Shown here one piece after another: positions 21,912 to 31,571 of a DNA stretch of 64,000 bases; within the stretch, counting starts at the first letter, position 1; every line of letters begins with the position of its first letter. The DNA comes from a virus (taxonomy: Duplodnaviria > Caudoviricetes). Below the pieces are notes generated by a model. It was given only the letters and a program-made list of their open reading frames with translations. It made no database searches and was not told the origin of the DNA. Location: IMG/VR virus record IMGVR_UViG_3300032290_001460, positions 1-64,000 of that record, one strand, 5' to 3'. The position numbers and the translations under genes are program-made.

Positions 21912-22112
21912 CTACTTACCTCTCTTGGCTCTACGTTCCTGCTCTTCTCGGTCTTGCGCTATTACTCTAGCACTTGCTATAAGTATAGACCATTCAGCGT
22001 CTGTGACGTCCAAAAGTTCGAGAGGATTAACATGCCATAATTCTGCCAATCTGGCAGCAGAAATAACGTAAGAGTCGTCTACGAGGTCGTCTACGACTCC
22101 TTCGTAGGGTCC
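21912..22112 (-). CDS. Tail assembly chaperone extension (probable -1 frameshift product, gpGT-like)
   Basis: ATG-less open -1 frame (GPYEGVVDDLVDDSYVISAARLAELWHVNPLELL...RRAKRGK*) overlapping the last 7 codons of the chaperone and ending just before the tape measure gene. Confidence 0.65.
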   Translation of the reverse strand, partial: GPYEGVVDDLVDDSYVISAARLAELWHVNPLELLDVTDAEWSILIASARVIAQDREEQERRAKRGK

Positions 22113-22606
22113 TCAGTCTCAACCGAATCAGAATATCCTGCGGCGTCAAGAATCGATAAAGCAGCAGCCTCAACATGAGGTTCAATACCAAAAAGAGCGA
22201 TGACAGCATCAGGGACAGGGCGAACAGAGTCAGTCATATCCAAGATGACATCTGAAGCAAAGTTTAAAACATTCCCGGCTTCGTCATATACCTCTTCTTC
22301 GTTAAAAAGAATACCAACAGTGGTGTGGCCAACTACGTAGGCAGCAAACTTGGTGGCATTCATGCCAGCCTTGGTGTCTTCACCGGAGTTACGTCGCCAA
22401 GAACGCATCTGCTGCTGAGTAATATTTGGGCTAATACGTAAACTTACACCAGGACGCTCAGGAACAGCCAAACGAACCACAGGGCGTTCAATCTTCTTCG
22501 TAATTGTCTCTCGAAGTCGGTCAAGAACGGTGAGTTCTTTTGCCGTACCCTTCAATGGGGATTTCTTCGCGTCTGGTGTATCTTCTGAATAAAGTTGTTC
22601 TGTCAT
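22091..22606 (-). CDS. Tail assembly chaperone
   Basis: Lies between tube and tape measure genes. Ends ...EDPTKES*. Confidence 0.7.
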   Translation of the reverse strand: MTEQLYSEDTPDAKKSPLKGTAKELTVLDRLRETITKKIERPVVRLAVPERPGVSLRISPNITQQQMRSWRRNSGEDTKAGMNATKFAAYVVGHTTVGILFNEEEVYDEAGNVLNFASDVILDMTDSVRPVPDAVIALFGIEPHVEAAALSILDAAGYSDSVETEDPTKES

Positions 22607-22669
22607 AAGATGCAAACTAGCATAGGTATGGCAGTGAAAATGTAACTTTTAAAGAAAAATTATTTATTA

Positions 22670-23143
22670 CTAGGAGGTAGCGGCTGTGGGTACTGAAACG
22701 CTTTGAATCGCGAAAGTGAGAGCAAAAGTTGCTGGAGCACCCGAAGATGAGTCACCATCAGGTTCAGTCAAACCAACCAGAAGAGACTTCGAATACACTC
22801 GGTCAGTTCCCGGAACTGCAATATCGCAGTCATAAACCTTGACGTTAATAGTGTAATAGGCGCGTCCTACTAGGTCTCGTAGTTGCTGCAACTTCTTAGC
22901 AAGAGATGTCGTTTCTGTGAGTCCGTCATCATAGTGGGCAGTCAACGTGATGTCACCAATTTCGAAAGGTGCACATAGAACTGTTGGCGAACGTGACCCA
23001 CCTTCGTAAATCTTCTCAACTGAAGCAGTAATTTCGCCACCGGAAATTTGTGGAAAAATAAAACCAGTAAACGTCGGGGATGTCGCCGCATTAGCCGGAA
23101 TAATTTCTGCCTGAATCTGTCTCTGAGATACTTTCTTTGCCAT
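22670..23143 (-). CDS. Tail tube protein
   Basis: 157 aa immediately downstream of the sheath. ISGGEI..YEGG..GDITLT..DGDSSSG..FALTF. Confidence 0.8.
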   Translation of the reverse strand: MAKKVSQRQIQAEIIPANAATSPTFTGFIFPQISGGEITASVEKIYEGGSRSPTVLCAPFEIGDITLTAHYDDGLTETTSLAKKLQQLRDLVGRAYYTINVKVYDCDIAVPGTDRVYSKSLLVGLTEPDGDSSSGAPATFALTFAIQSVSVPTAATS

Positions 23144-23155
23144 ATTATGCTCCTA

Positions 23156-24637
23156 TCAAACTACTGAAGTGGTAAGGTTGGATTTTACAATACTTACTTC
23201 GATACTGTCTCCAACGCCCGAGACACGGAGTCCAACACGTGCAGTAATGGTACCGTTGGCCAGATTTGCTATCGGATTCAATGATGCATTACACTTAACA
23301 GTGTAGCCATAGTCGACACGATTGCCCAACTGGTCAAAAGCCTCATAAAGGGCGCCGTTGAGACGGAGTGGTTCAAGAATACCGATGAGTCGTGCCTCAA
23401 CTTCAGCGAAGATACGGCCACGGCCATCAATGACGCTGAACAGGATGTCCTCAAGGGCTCGTTCTGCTTCAACGACCACATGGTTGACAACATCTTGCGC
23501 TGTGATGTAACGGAAGTTATCGGTATCGTCTGACAATGAACGTGCACCGTAGATGCGGATACTGTTATTGATGAAACGAATGACGTTAACTTTTGCTTCA
23601 TCAAGGGTGTCTGCACTAGTCTTTCCAATTTCTGCTTCCACACCATTAATGTAGCGTGTAGTAGAGATAATACCCGCACCAGGCTGATGTTGGCCAATAT
23701 TGTTATGGGCACGAGCACGGGCTCCGGCAGCATATCCGTCCGGTGGGATAAGACGGTTGACGCCCGGTGTTCCTGATGGTGCATAAACCCACGGGTAGTA
23801 GATTGCTACGTGTTCCAAGTTGTCTGCAACGCTACCAGTAATGTATTCTGCTGCATCTTGTGCTTGTGCTGCTGTTTGACCATCATCGGTGTGAAGGATG
23901 GCGATACGATTGTTGGCATTTGCATGAGTGATGAGTGCTGCAGGTACGGTACCAACGCTTGATGCTGTTCCTGTGTGTTCTGGGCATGCAACAGCGCCAG
24001 AGCCGTACGAGTCCAGGAATAAATCCAGGGCTGTAACGTGGTTGGCTTCAGTCGGCGTTGTGCCATCTGCGCCTCCAGTAAGGGCGGCCAGAGCACTGGT
24101 GGTGATAAGACCAGCGAGAGCATTTCCTGCCGAGGCAACAATATAGTTGCTGGCAATGAGGCTGTTATTGATTTTTCCAATGATTTGCGCATTGGTAGTG
24201 CAGTTTCCGGTGGAGAAAATAAGAACATCGTCATAATAAATCTTCACTATGACAGAGTTCGCAATAGAACCAGCGACGACTAACACGTCGAGGTCGGCGC
24301 TCCATGCACCAGCACCAATAGCGGTCAGGACGACGGCACCATATGGTGATGTATCCGAAAGAACTTTTGCGCCAGTAGTCGCATTGGCATTAATAGCACG
24401 AGCGATATAGCACTGCGAGCCGCCTTCTTCAAAGAATGCTTCCACAGTCGAATGTAGATAGGCATTAGCAACATAGCCGCCATAGACTAATTCATATTCT
24501 TCCATTGAACTAACTTTGACGGCGGTATTGGTCGGCCCACGCTGCGCTATGCCAACGAAGAACGCCTGCGAAGATTCGCGAACCGTAGTTGATGTGGGGC
24601 CGGTTCGCACCGCTGTTGAAATCTGTACACCAGGCAT
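23156..24637 (-). CDS. Tail sheath protein
   Basis: 493 aa, MPGV..FFVGIAQRGP, FFEEGG, YYPWV, PPDGYAAG, IYGARSL. Confidence 0.92.
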   Translation of the reverse strand: MPGVQISTAVRTGPTSTTVRESSQAFFVGIAQRGPTNTAVKVSSMEEYELVYGGYVANAYLHSTVEAFFEEGGSQCYIARAINANATTGAKVLSDTSPYGAVVLTAIGAGAWSADLDVLVVAGSIANSVIVKIYYDDVLIFSTGNCTTNAQIIGKINNSLIASNYIVASAGNALAGLITTSALAALTGGADGTTPTEANHVTALDLFLDSYGSGAVACPEHTGTASSVGTVPAALITHANANNRIAILHTDDGQTAAQAQDAAEYITGSVADNLEHVAIYYPWVYAPSGTPGVNRLIPPDGYAAGARARAHNNIGQHQPGAGIISTTRYINGVEAEIGKTSADTLDEAKVNVIRFINNSIRIYGARSLSDDTDNFRYITAQDVVNHVVVEAERALEDILFSVIDGRGRIFAEVEARLIGILEPLRLNGALYEAFDQLGNRVDYGYTVKCNASLNPIANLANGTITARVGLRVSGVGDSIEVSIVKSNLTTSVV

Positions 24638-24721
24638 AGGACCTTCCTATTCATTTAAAGGAAATCGAATTTTTCGATAACCATATTGTATCCAAACTGC
24701 TTTAAACGTAGCGGAACTGTA

Positions 24722-25162
24722 TTATAGACTATCAGAATTTTGTGTTTCTGAGACGATGTTTGTTGCTTCGTCTTGTACAGTTTCAACTATTTCATTTTCT
24801 TCAGAAGGAGTGGAAACTCCTTCTTCGACCTGGACAGCCACTATTTCTTCTACTGGCTGTTCTTCTGTAATTGTTTCTTTTTCTTCAATTTTTGCAGACT
24901 TTTTGTTTGACTTTTTGCTGTCTTCGAATTTTTGCGGAATTGAAGGTTGTAAAACGATGGAAACCGTACCACTTTCAACCAGTTTTGCCACTTCTTGGCC
25001 AATTTCACTAATTGCCGCATGTCCAAAGGGGAGAATGGTATAACCATCGGGGGGGAGTCTCAAAATTGTTTTTTTGTTGTTTAGGACAATGAAGTACCCA
25101 TCATCAACGTGAGATTCAAAATCTTGAATGTGTGGATTTTCGATAAAATATTTTTTTTCCAT
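24722..25162 (-). CDS. Hypothetical protein with acidic tail
   Basis: 146-aa ORF between the terminator-like and sheath genes. Confidence 0.55.
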   Translation of the reverse strand: MEKKYFIENPHIQDFESHVDDGYFIVLNNKKTILRLPPDGYTILPFGHAAISEIGQEVAKLVESGTVSIVLQPSIPQKFEDSKKSNKKSAKIEEKETITEEQPVEEIVAVQVEEGVSTPSEENEIVETVQDEATNIVSETQNSDSL

Positions 25163-25232
25163 AAGATTATTATACCTAAACTTTCTTACTACAAACAGAG
25201 AAATGACTTATTAGTTTAATCTTCATTTATGT

Positions 25233-25835
25233 TTAGAATGGCAAATTTTCAAGAGGGCCAACCGACTGTGCCGCAAAATCAATTTCAGAGACAGTACCCG
25301 AAGGCTTCCTCATAATTATTTCGTCTATATGTAAATCGTATGAAATATAAGCCCCAGCCAGAACCCTGTCCCCCTTGAGGAGGGTGAGGTCGGAATATTC
25401 TTCTCTAACAGAACCCTCATCAATAACAACACGAAACGTTTGTCGCGTGTCAATAGCATCCAGGGCGGGATGGTCCATTAACGAAGAACGAACAACCGTA
25501 GAGAGCCTATCTCGCATCATTGTAGCCTGTTCAGGACCTTCTGTTCTTGTCCAAACATATGTTCTCATACTGTAAGAAACTCTATATATGGGTTGAATTC
25601 TGTCCCAGCCGATACGTTCAAAACCAGTAGTTGAAATTACTACAGTAATAATTGTTGGCCAGTCATCCATCGCTAAGGGTTCATAACCAAAGTAAGCAAC
25701 AGGAGTAGGAAGGGTTATGTCATCAACACCCCAACCATTGCGATAATCAACGAGACGTGCAGGGATATCCCCCGAAAGATAAGTGTTGACATAGGACTTG
25801 GCGAAGTGCGGCCCATGCATTAGGTCTATAGTCAT
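25233..25835 (-). CDS. Tail terminator/completion-like protein
   Basis: 200 aa in neck-gene order before the sheath. WPTIITV motif. Confidence 0.55.
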   Translation of the reverse strand: MTIDLMHGPHFAKSYVNTYLSGDIPARLVDYRNGWGVDDITLPTPVAYFGYEPLAMDDWPTIITVVISTTGFERIGWDRIQPIYRVSYSMRTYVWTRTEGPEQATMMRDRLSTVVRSSLMDHPALDAIDTRQTFRVVIDEGSVREEYSDLTLLKGDRVLAGAYISYDLHIDEIIMRKPSGTVSEIDFAAQSVGPLENLPF

Positions 25836-25843
25836 AAAAAACT

Positions 25844-26311
25844 CTACCTAGCGCCTTTTTCAATATGGTCAGCAGCCCAACCGGCCCATACCTTACTAGA
25901 GCCCAAAGGTTCAAAAACGACTCTACGCATAGGCATCTTCGTTGTCCCATATTGATGGAACTCGGCATATTTGACAGGGGTGCCAAATGTTGCCTTCTTA
26001 TCCCTAATAATGTTGACGGTACCGCGCAAATTGCCTAAACTACTGAATAATCTACCACTACGAATCATGGGTGGCATGCCGGGAAAGTTAACTGATTTCC
26101 ATGAAGCATAACCAGGGTCAAGTGGAGCCCAGCCCCCAGAAGGGAGACCGTTGGTCATGAAATTGTTTGACCATACTTCCTCTAATTCGTCCCTAATTTT
26201 TTCGAAGACAGGACCAAAATCTTTGGCTCTTTTACGCATATCATCGAGGGCATCAACCAAATCATCAGGGTTAAAATCTATATCTATCTTAATTCTTATA
26301 TCATTAGCCAT
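25844..26311 (-). CDS. Virion morphogenesis protein (gpS/Mu gpG-like)
   Basis: WAPL, SGRLFSSL, GTPVKYAEFHQYGTTKMPMR. Confidence 0.8.
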   Translation of the reverse strand: MANDIRIKIDIDFNPDDLVDALDDMRKRAKDFGPVFEKIRDELEEVWSNNFMTNGLPSGGWAPLDPGYASWKSVNFPGMPPMIRSGRLFSSLGNLRGTVNIIRDKKATFGTPVKYAEFHQYGTTKMPMRRVVFEPLGSSKVWAGWAADHIEKGAR

Positions 26312-27171
26312 TAGGACACACGAACCCGACGATATTTTTTGACAGACGCCAGTTCCCTATCTGAGAATCCTGTTTCCAATGGGGCAACGTTACGAGAGTT
26401 CAAATCTTTGACACCCACAACGTCGTCATGCATATTTTGCATTTCTCGTGTTGCGGCACGAAGAATGAGCAACTTAAAAAACGGGATTTCTTCTCCGTCT
26501 AAACCAGCCTGATATTCAATGGCTACGGTGTCGTTGGCAAAACCCCGAAATAGTTCAATTCCGAATCTACGAACAATATAATCATTGCCTGTTGCTTTGG
26601 CTTGCCCGCCTTGGGTCATTGCTCCAATGGCGGTTGGCATATTACCTACAGTGAATGTACTGGCGGTGACTGCCGTTATGTCCTTGGAGGCTATGTTGTA
26701 TGCATTTGGGAGCATACCAACGATAGAGACACGTTGACCAATCGTAAATTTGTGGGCAGCCGCCGTATAGGTGACATTTGTACTGGCCTGGGACGTTGCC
26801 GTAACTGTTGCCTCACGGAGCATTGCTTCTCCCATATATACGGGAGGGTATGCATAACTCTTTATTCGAACACTAGTTACGCTAGTAACTGGAGAATTTC
26901 TCAGTGGAATTGTTGCTGGTGGCTGAGAGTAAGTCAGTGGAGTATATGCGGTGTCCAAGGAAGAGTTATAGAAAAATGAAGTAGTTGGCATGCCGACGTA
27001 GTCTGAAGGCAACGTGTATTCCTCAATAAAAGTAGTTGACTCTATTGGGCGTCTAAGATATGTTTCTAATTCACTCTGCAGGCCAGCCAAAACAATCTCT
27101 GCTGCATCTTGCTGACGCAGGGAAAATCTAATGTCCATAAAAGTGACTAAATCATTTGTAGTAACAAGCAT
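26311..27171 (-). CDS. Head-tail adaptor with inserted FCCH-like domain
   Basis: MLVTTNDL.., VAIEYQAG, C-terminal LASVKKYRRVRV. Internal YTAAAHKFTIGQRVSIVG insert. Confidence 0.7.
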   Translation of the reverse strand: MLVTTNDLVTFMDIRFSLRQQDAAEIVLAGLQSELETYLRRPIESTTFIEEYTLPSDYVGMPTTSFFYNSSLDTAYTPLTYSQPPATIPLRNSPVTSVTSVRIKSYAYPPVYMGEAMLREATVTATSQASTNVTYTAAAHKFTIGQRVSIVGMLPNAYNIASKDITAVTASTFTVGNMPTAIGAMTQGGQAKATGNDYIVRRFGIELFRGFANDTVAIEYQAGLDGEEIPFFKLLILRAATREMQNMHDDVVGVKDLNSRNVAPLETGFSDRELASVKKYRRVRVS

Positions 27172-27193
27172 GTTATGTCACCTTAATAGTGTG

Positions 27194-27394
27194 TTAGTTA
27201 CGACGGTTCCGTGTTCGGGTAGGACGTGCCCTCTGGGGCCTTGGTGGACGTGCCCTATTGGGTCGATTGGCACGAGCAGGGCCAACACCGAGGGTGTTAC
27301 GAAGCGCATTGATGCCAGCGGCTATTCTGCGCTTAATTCGACCAGGTCCACCAATTTCGTCTTCTTCATCTGCGTTTGCATCTGGAAATGGCAT
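27194..27394 (-). CDS. Small Arg-rich protein
   Basis: 66 aa with AGGAG RBS. Acidic N-terminus, Arg/Pro-rich C-terminus. Confidence 0.65.
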   Translation of the reverse strand: MPFPDANADEEDEIGGPGRIKRRIAAGINALRNTLGVGPARANRPNRARPPRPQRARPTRTRNRRN

Positions 27395-27450
27395 AAGAAC
27401 TCCTTGAAAAACTTAATCTAAAAAATTGTAGCATGTATTAAGGGTTTATG

Positions 27451-28002
27451 TTAACGGTCTGCGTTTGGGGGAGTTTCAATAATTGCTGGCGCTTTATCTA
27501 TTGTCCCTGGTGGAGCCTCTACCGGCACCCACGCGCGAGAGTAATTGTGAGATTTGATATCGCGTTGTTTGATGATTGTTCCATCAAGCATGAGTTCTAG
27601 TTCTACTGATTTCATAGACAGACGATTTTCAAAATCTTTAATACTATATTTGCGTGACCTCTTCAGAGTGCGAATAATATGAGAGATTTTTTTGGCTACG
27701 GCGGCTCCTCGTGCACGGTTTATCTGCAAATGCAGGAACATGGCATCAAGTTCCTCACAGTCAACGTAGTTCACTGGTATTTCGTTCATGATTGCATCAG
27801 CCAAATTCTTATTACCGCGAATCAATAAAAGCCGTTGGCTGCCGTCAATGACGACATTCCCTTCGCGTTGGACAATAAGTGGTGATAAAATACCAAAAGA
27901 AGCAATAGAGTCAGCCAAACTCATCAAATCTGGTTTTAAAATATAAGTAGCATTCCACTCAGGAATAACCAAAACATCCTCTTTAACAAAATCAATCTTC
28001 AT
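27451..28002 (-). CDS. ParB/Srx-like protein (IbrB-like)
   Basis: LADSIASFGILSPLIV..VIDGSQR, QINRARG and YSRAWVP motifs. Overlaps the end of the PAPS-reductase-family gene. Confidence 0.8.
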   Translation of the reverse strand: MKIDFVKEDVLVIPEWNATYILKPDLMSLADSIASFGILSPLIVQREGNVVIDGSQRLLLIRGNKNLADAIMNEIPVNYVDCEELDAMFLHLQINRARGAAVAKKISHIIRTLKRSRKYSIKDFENRLSMKSVELELMLDGTIIKQRDIKSHNYSRAWVPVEAPPGTIDKAPAIIETPPNADR

Positions 28003-29134
28003 AAAACTCAACATCATCCTTTGCTGCAGCAAGACGCATCGTATGCGCCCTAGTTTTTGGACCAACCGGAGTTACCGCCCGATTTCCCAATTCATTCAAC
28101 ATAATGTTCCTAATCAACCACTCAATTGGATATGAGTAAGGGTCCAAAGCATGCTTCTTGCGAAACTCTGCAGCAAAACTTTGTGCCCTCTTCTTCTTGG
28201 TTGGACCCACCATGAAGTAATCAATGGCTTCCCGCACGCCATTCCAGCCCAATGCAGCATATGAAGCGATAACCTTCTCAATGTCGTAATCTGGCCACCA
28301 TCTGCGTTGCGCATCAATATGGGGGAAGCATTCGTACAGGCGGTCATAGAAGTCTGGCTCAGTAGCAACGAGGTCTCCAATGCGACGAATAGCAATTGAG
28401 TGCAACGGAATACCAACCCTGGTATTAGAACCCGTCAAGGCGGCAAGGTCGTAGTACTCGCAGTAGTCGGCCCCATGTTCTTCGCTTAAGAACTTGAAAA
28501 CATCGTTGATTTGCCAATCATAGATAACTTTAGCAAACTTTAACGGCATACCTTTTTTGCCACGATAAGGGGTGACAATATAGTTTTCGTGAAGTTTTTG
28601 AACACACGAACGGTAACGAATCATTGACTCAGAGGCACGAACACCAGTCAAGAAAGCAACCTTACCCTTCTTGCCTTGCATCGTGTAGTAGTCAACGTCT
28701 TCAGGGACAGGCTTTGAGTGCGTTAAACCAAAGTGATACCCAGTGATGGCCCATGGCGGAATTTCTCGCACTAGACGCCCTTCCTTCATGCGCTTCTCGC
28801 CCCAAAGGATAACTGACTGTCGTTGTCCAAGAACCCATACTTCAGCGCCATACGGGATGCAATACCACTCCATATCGACCCAGTCATAGTCACGAACTTT
28901 CATGACGTAATCAACGACTAGGGGACTTACCATTTCTTCATCACGAAAGATAACTTTTACTGGACCGAGGCCACGTTCTTCATGAATTTCTTTAGCAAGA
29001 TACAAGACCGCACTAGAGTCTTTCCCTCCAGAGAATTGTACGCAAACAGTATCAAAAGTGTCGTAGACGTGACGGATGCGCTGACGTGCAGCATCAATGC
29101 ATGAGATGTCAAGAAACATCCGTTGGCGGGTCAT
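27992..29134 (-). CDS. PAPS-reductase-family PP-loop protein (IbrA/DUF3440-like)
   Basis: FSGGKDS PP-loop, FRDEE, TGVRASESxxR, IYDWxxxDVF. Confidence 0.85.
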   Translation of the reverse strand: MTRQRMFLDISCIDAARQRIRHVYDTFDTVCVQFSGGKDSSAVLYLAKEIHEERGLGPVKVIFRDEEMVSPLVVDYVMKVRDYDWVDMEWYCIPYGAEVWVLGQRQSVILWGEKRMKEGRLVREIPPWAITGYHFGLTHSKPVPEDVDYYTMQGKKGKVAFLTGVRASESMIRYRSCVQKLHENYIVTPYRGKKGMPLKFAKVIYDWQINDVFKFLSEEHGADYCEYYDLAALTGSNTRVGIPLHSIAIRRIGDLVATEPDFYDRLYECFPHIDAQRRWWPDYDIEKVIASYAALGWNGVREAIDYFMVGPTKKKRAQSFAAEFRKKHALDPYSYPIEWLIRNIMLNELGNRAVTPVGPKTRAHTMRLAAAKDDVEFYED

Positions 29135-29152
29135 TTAAATTCCTTTAATTTA

Positions 29153-29557
29153 TTAATTTTGCTCACGAACGATGACTGTATCACTATTCGCACGAGGTTC
29201 CCAACCTTGTCCAATAAAAGATTCATTTAATGTTTTGAGTTGAAAACTAACACCATGACGCATCAATAAGCCATGCTTCCCTGTTGCTTCGCATGTCATT
29301 GCACAGATTTTCTCATATTTACGAATAATATTATCCATCTGTTCTGTATTCGTCGGATTTGATGGACTGTAATAATAACGAAGCCCACCAAATTTCTCTT
29401 TAATTTGAAAAATTGTATAAAGCGGGTCAACGGAAGAGAGTTCTTTATCACACAATGCAACGAGACTCCACCAGCCCTCATCGCAAGAAATGGTAACGCC
29501 ATATTCTGGATTAACACGTTGAAGAACTGGCAGTAAATAATCTGGGTATTTAGTCAT
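29153..29557 (-). CDS. Conserved phage hypothetical protein
   Basis: GW..QIKEKFGGLRYY..CE.TG motif. Confidence 0.7.
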   Translation of the reverse strand: MTKYPDYLLPVLQRVNPEYGVTISCDEGWWSLVALCDKELSSVDPLYTIFQIKEKFGGLRYYYSPSNPTNTEQMDNIIRKYEKICAMTCEATGKHGLLMRHGVSFQLKTLNESFIGQGWEPRANSDTVIVREQN

Positions 29558-29558
29558 G

Positions 29559-29771
29559 TCAATCTTTCTTGCGTAGGTCTAACTTGAGAATCAATATTCC
29601 ATCTTCAAGTATTGCTTCGCAGTCACCTATCATCGCAAAATCTTGAAAATCCACTTTTGCTTGATTGACAAAATTGGCGCGTTCTGGCCCAGCGACTGGA
29701 GGTAGTGGACGCTTCTTTACTGCCTCTGCCCGCTCGCGAAAACGAGCAAGCATCTCATTGAGGTCCAGCAT
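29559..29771 (-). CDS. Hypothetical protein
   Basis: RFRERAEAVKKRPLPPVAGPER. Start estimated at MLDLNE. Confidence 0.6.
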   Translation of the reverse strand: MLDLNEMLARFRERAEAVKKRPLPPVAGPERANFVNQAKVDFQDFAMIGDCEAILEDGILILKLDLRKKD

Positions 29772-29967
29772 CGTACTCTTCTTTTGTTGCACGCCATACG
29801 AGTGTTTCTTTATCTCGTGGGACTGGGTCGCCAGCAGGCCACTCTTCTTCCATCGGTATCTCTAACGTATACCATGTGCGATTTTCTGTTTCAATAATTT
29901 TGTATTTACGAATTCTTTCCAATGTTGATTCATAGCGAATCTTGTCTATGTCTTCGTTATGCGCCAT
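29755..29967 (-). CDS. Hypothetical protein
   Basis: Tiles between its neighbours. Start estimated at MAHNED. Confidence 0.5.
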   Translation of the reverse strand: MAHNEDIDKIRYESTLERIRKYKIIETENRTWYTLEIPMEEEWPAGDPVPRDKETLVWRATKEEYDAGPQ

Positions 29968-30253
29968 CTTCAATTTCCTCATACAATGAATCAAATTTAT
30001 TTTCGTTAAGCGGATAGAAGATATTTTCATCAGCCCTTACTACATAATCACCTAAATGAACAAAAAATTCGCCATCCATAGTTTTCATAGAAATAACTAA
30101 TTCAGGCCGATTTGGTTCGTCGTCCTTAGTTAATACGGTCAGTTCGCCATGACACCAATCAGCAACTTCACGCTGATTCAAAGGGACAAAACGAACAGCC
30201 TCAACATCTGGACCATTCGTGCGATACCGCCCAACAACAGGAATATCAATCAT
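29957..30253 (-). CDS. Conserved phage protein (VEAV..GDY[VI]V..FYP family)
   Basis: VEAVRF, TMDG..V.LGDYVV..IFYP..F..YE. Confidence 0.65.
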   Translation of the reverse strand: MIDIPVVGRYRTNGPDVEAVRFVPLNQREVADWCHGELTVLTKDDEPNRPELVISMKTMDGEFFVHLGDYVVRADENIFYPLNENKFDSLYEEIEDGA

Positions 30254-30431
30254 TGTTCTTCTTCAAAGTTTCCAAAATCTCTGCTAAAAGAAATTTGATT
30301 TCCTTCAATGTTTCATTTGATTCACGAGCAGGCTGCCCAGCAAGATAGGCATTGCGCTGCGCTTCTAGGCGAGCATTTTCTTTGATTGCTGTTGCATTAG
30401 GTTCCATAGTGATTCCTCCGTTATTGTTCAT
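30246..30431 (-). CDS. Hypothetical protein
   Basis: 61-aa ORF. An internal GGAGG suggests the MEPNA start. Confidence 0.5.
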   Translation of the reverse strand: MNNNGGITMEPNATAIKENARLEAQRNAYLAGQPARESNETLKEIKFLLAEILETLKKNND

Positions 30432-30536
30432 ACTTATTTATACAACTCATCATATGTGGCTCTCATTTATAGTCTGGGCGACATATGTCTTCAGAGCATA
30501 CACGCTCTAGCATGCACTCGCTAGGGCTTGAATGGG

Positions 30537-30977
30537 CTAGTGCATATTCTCTTCATAGATGCGCATTAGTTCAGCCATGCGTTCAATATTTAATGGCTCA
30601 AAAGCCTTCCATACTTCATGAACCAAATCATGCCACCTGTCACGCTCATCAAGAATGCCATCATGAGTTGTAGTCTGGTTTTTAATGTTTTCATAAACAC
30701 GCAAAATTTCTTGATGCTTGCTCACATTGTTCGGATGAGCGATAAGAGTGTTTGCCAACTGATGAGCAATCGCTTCCCATTGGTCATGCCTACTACGCAA
30801 TTGTTTAACTTCATCAGAAAAATACTGCAGGTCAGACATGAGATTATCTTTCTCCCCTTGAGCCTTTTCTAACTTCCCTAAAATTTCTTCAGAATATGAC
30901 TGCCATGAACGAGACTGTTCCTCCCACTGAATATCCATACAGTCGCCATCTTTATTTTCGAAAGGTTTTTCAATCAT
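30537..30977 (-). CDS. Hypothetical coiled-coil protein
   Basis: 146-aa ORF in the operon orientation. Confidence 0.55.
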   Translation of the reverse strand: MIEKPFENKDGDCMDIQWEEQSRSWQSYSEEILGKLEKAQGEKDNLMSDLQYFSDEVKQLRSRHDQWEAIAHQLANTLIAHPNNVSKHQEILRVYENIKNQTTTHDGILDERDRWHDLVHEVWKAFEPLNIERMAELMRIYEENMH

Positions 30978-31135
30978 TATTTTTCCCTTTTTTAATTAAT
31001 TTTTGTCCACATAAAATTTCGTAATGACATTTAGAATCAACATTAACCCCACACCATGGGAGGCCACAATGTATTTGTGAAGGTATCGAAGCCGATTTAT
31101 TTTTATTTTTGTTTCGTAACTTCACTAAATGGAAT

Positions 31136-31366
31136 CTATCGTCTTGCTTGCTCGTATGCAATGAGTGCATCATTTCGTGCCACTTGAAAATTGTTTTCTT
31201 GTTCAAGTGAATATAGTAATTCTGCTAATTTGTCCGCAATTTTACGTTCGTCATTCAACGCTTCTTGATACTTCTTAATTTTTTCACGAAGATATATCAC
31301 TTCGTCTTCTAGACCATACAACTCAGTCTGCGTTGCTCGTAATATGTATTCAGCATCATTGCTCAT
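31136..31366 (-). CDS. Hypothetical coiled-coil protein
   Basis: 76 aa, ATGA overlap with the upstream gene. Confidence 0.55.
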   Translation of the reverse strand: MSNDAEYILRATQTELYGLEDEVIYLREKIKKYQEALNDERKIADKLAELLYSLEQENNFQVARNDALIAYEQARR

Positions 31367-31554
31367 TGTATGAATGCTTTCTCTTGTTGTGTCTCGTTAT
31401 CCGAATTGGATACATTAAGTAATACTGATTCTGCGATATTAATCAATTCTGATAATTCGTCATATTCTAATATTGTTGGCCATCCAACGCCAGCATTTTC
31501 TTTTAATTCGTTCAATGTACCTAGCAAAACTTTTATTTTTTCTTCCATCATCAC
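31363..31554 (-). CDS. Hypothetical protein
   Basis: 63 aa, AAGGGGG RBS-like sequence upstream. Confidence 0.5.
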   Translation of the reverse strand: MMMEEKIKVLLGTLNELKENAGVGWPTILEYDELSELINIAESVLLNVSNSDNETQQEKAFIQ

Positions 31555-31571
31555 CCCCTTTTAAAAAGTAG

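Noticed and set aside
30970-31206. 78-aa ORF
   Set aside because: It overlaps the upstream gene by ~70 nt with no clear start or recognisable motif. It may be a shorter gene, but that cannot be supported.
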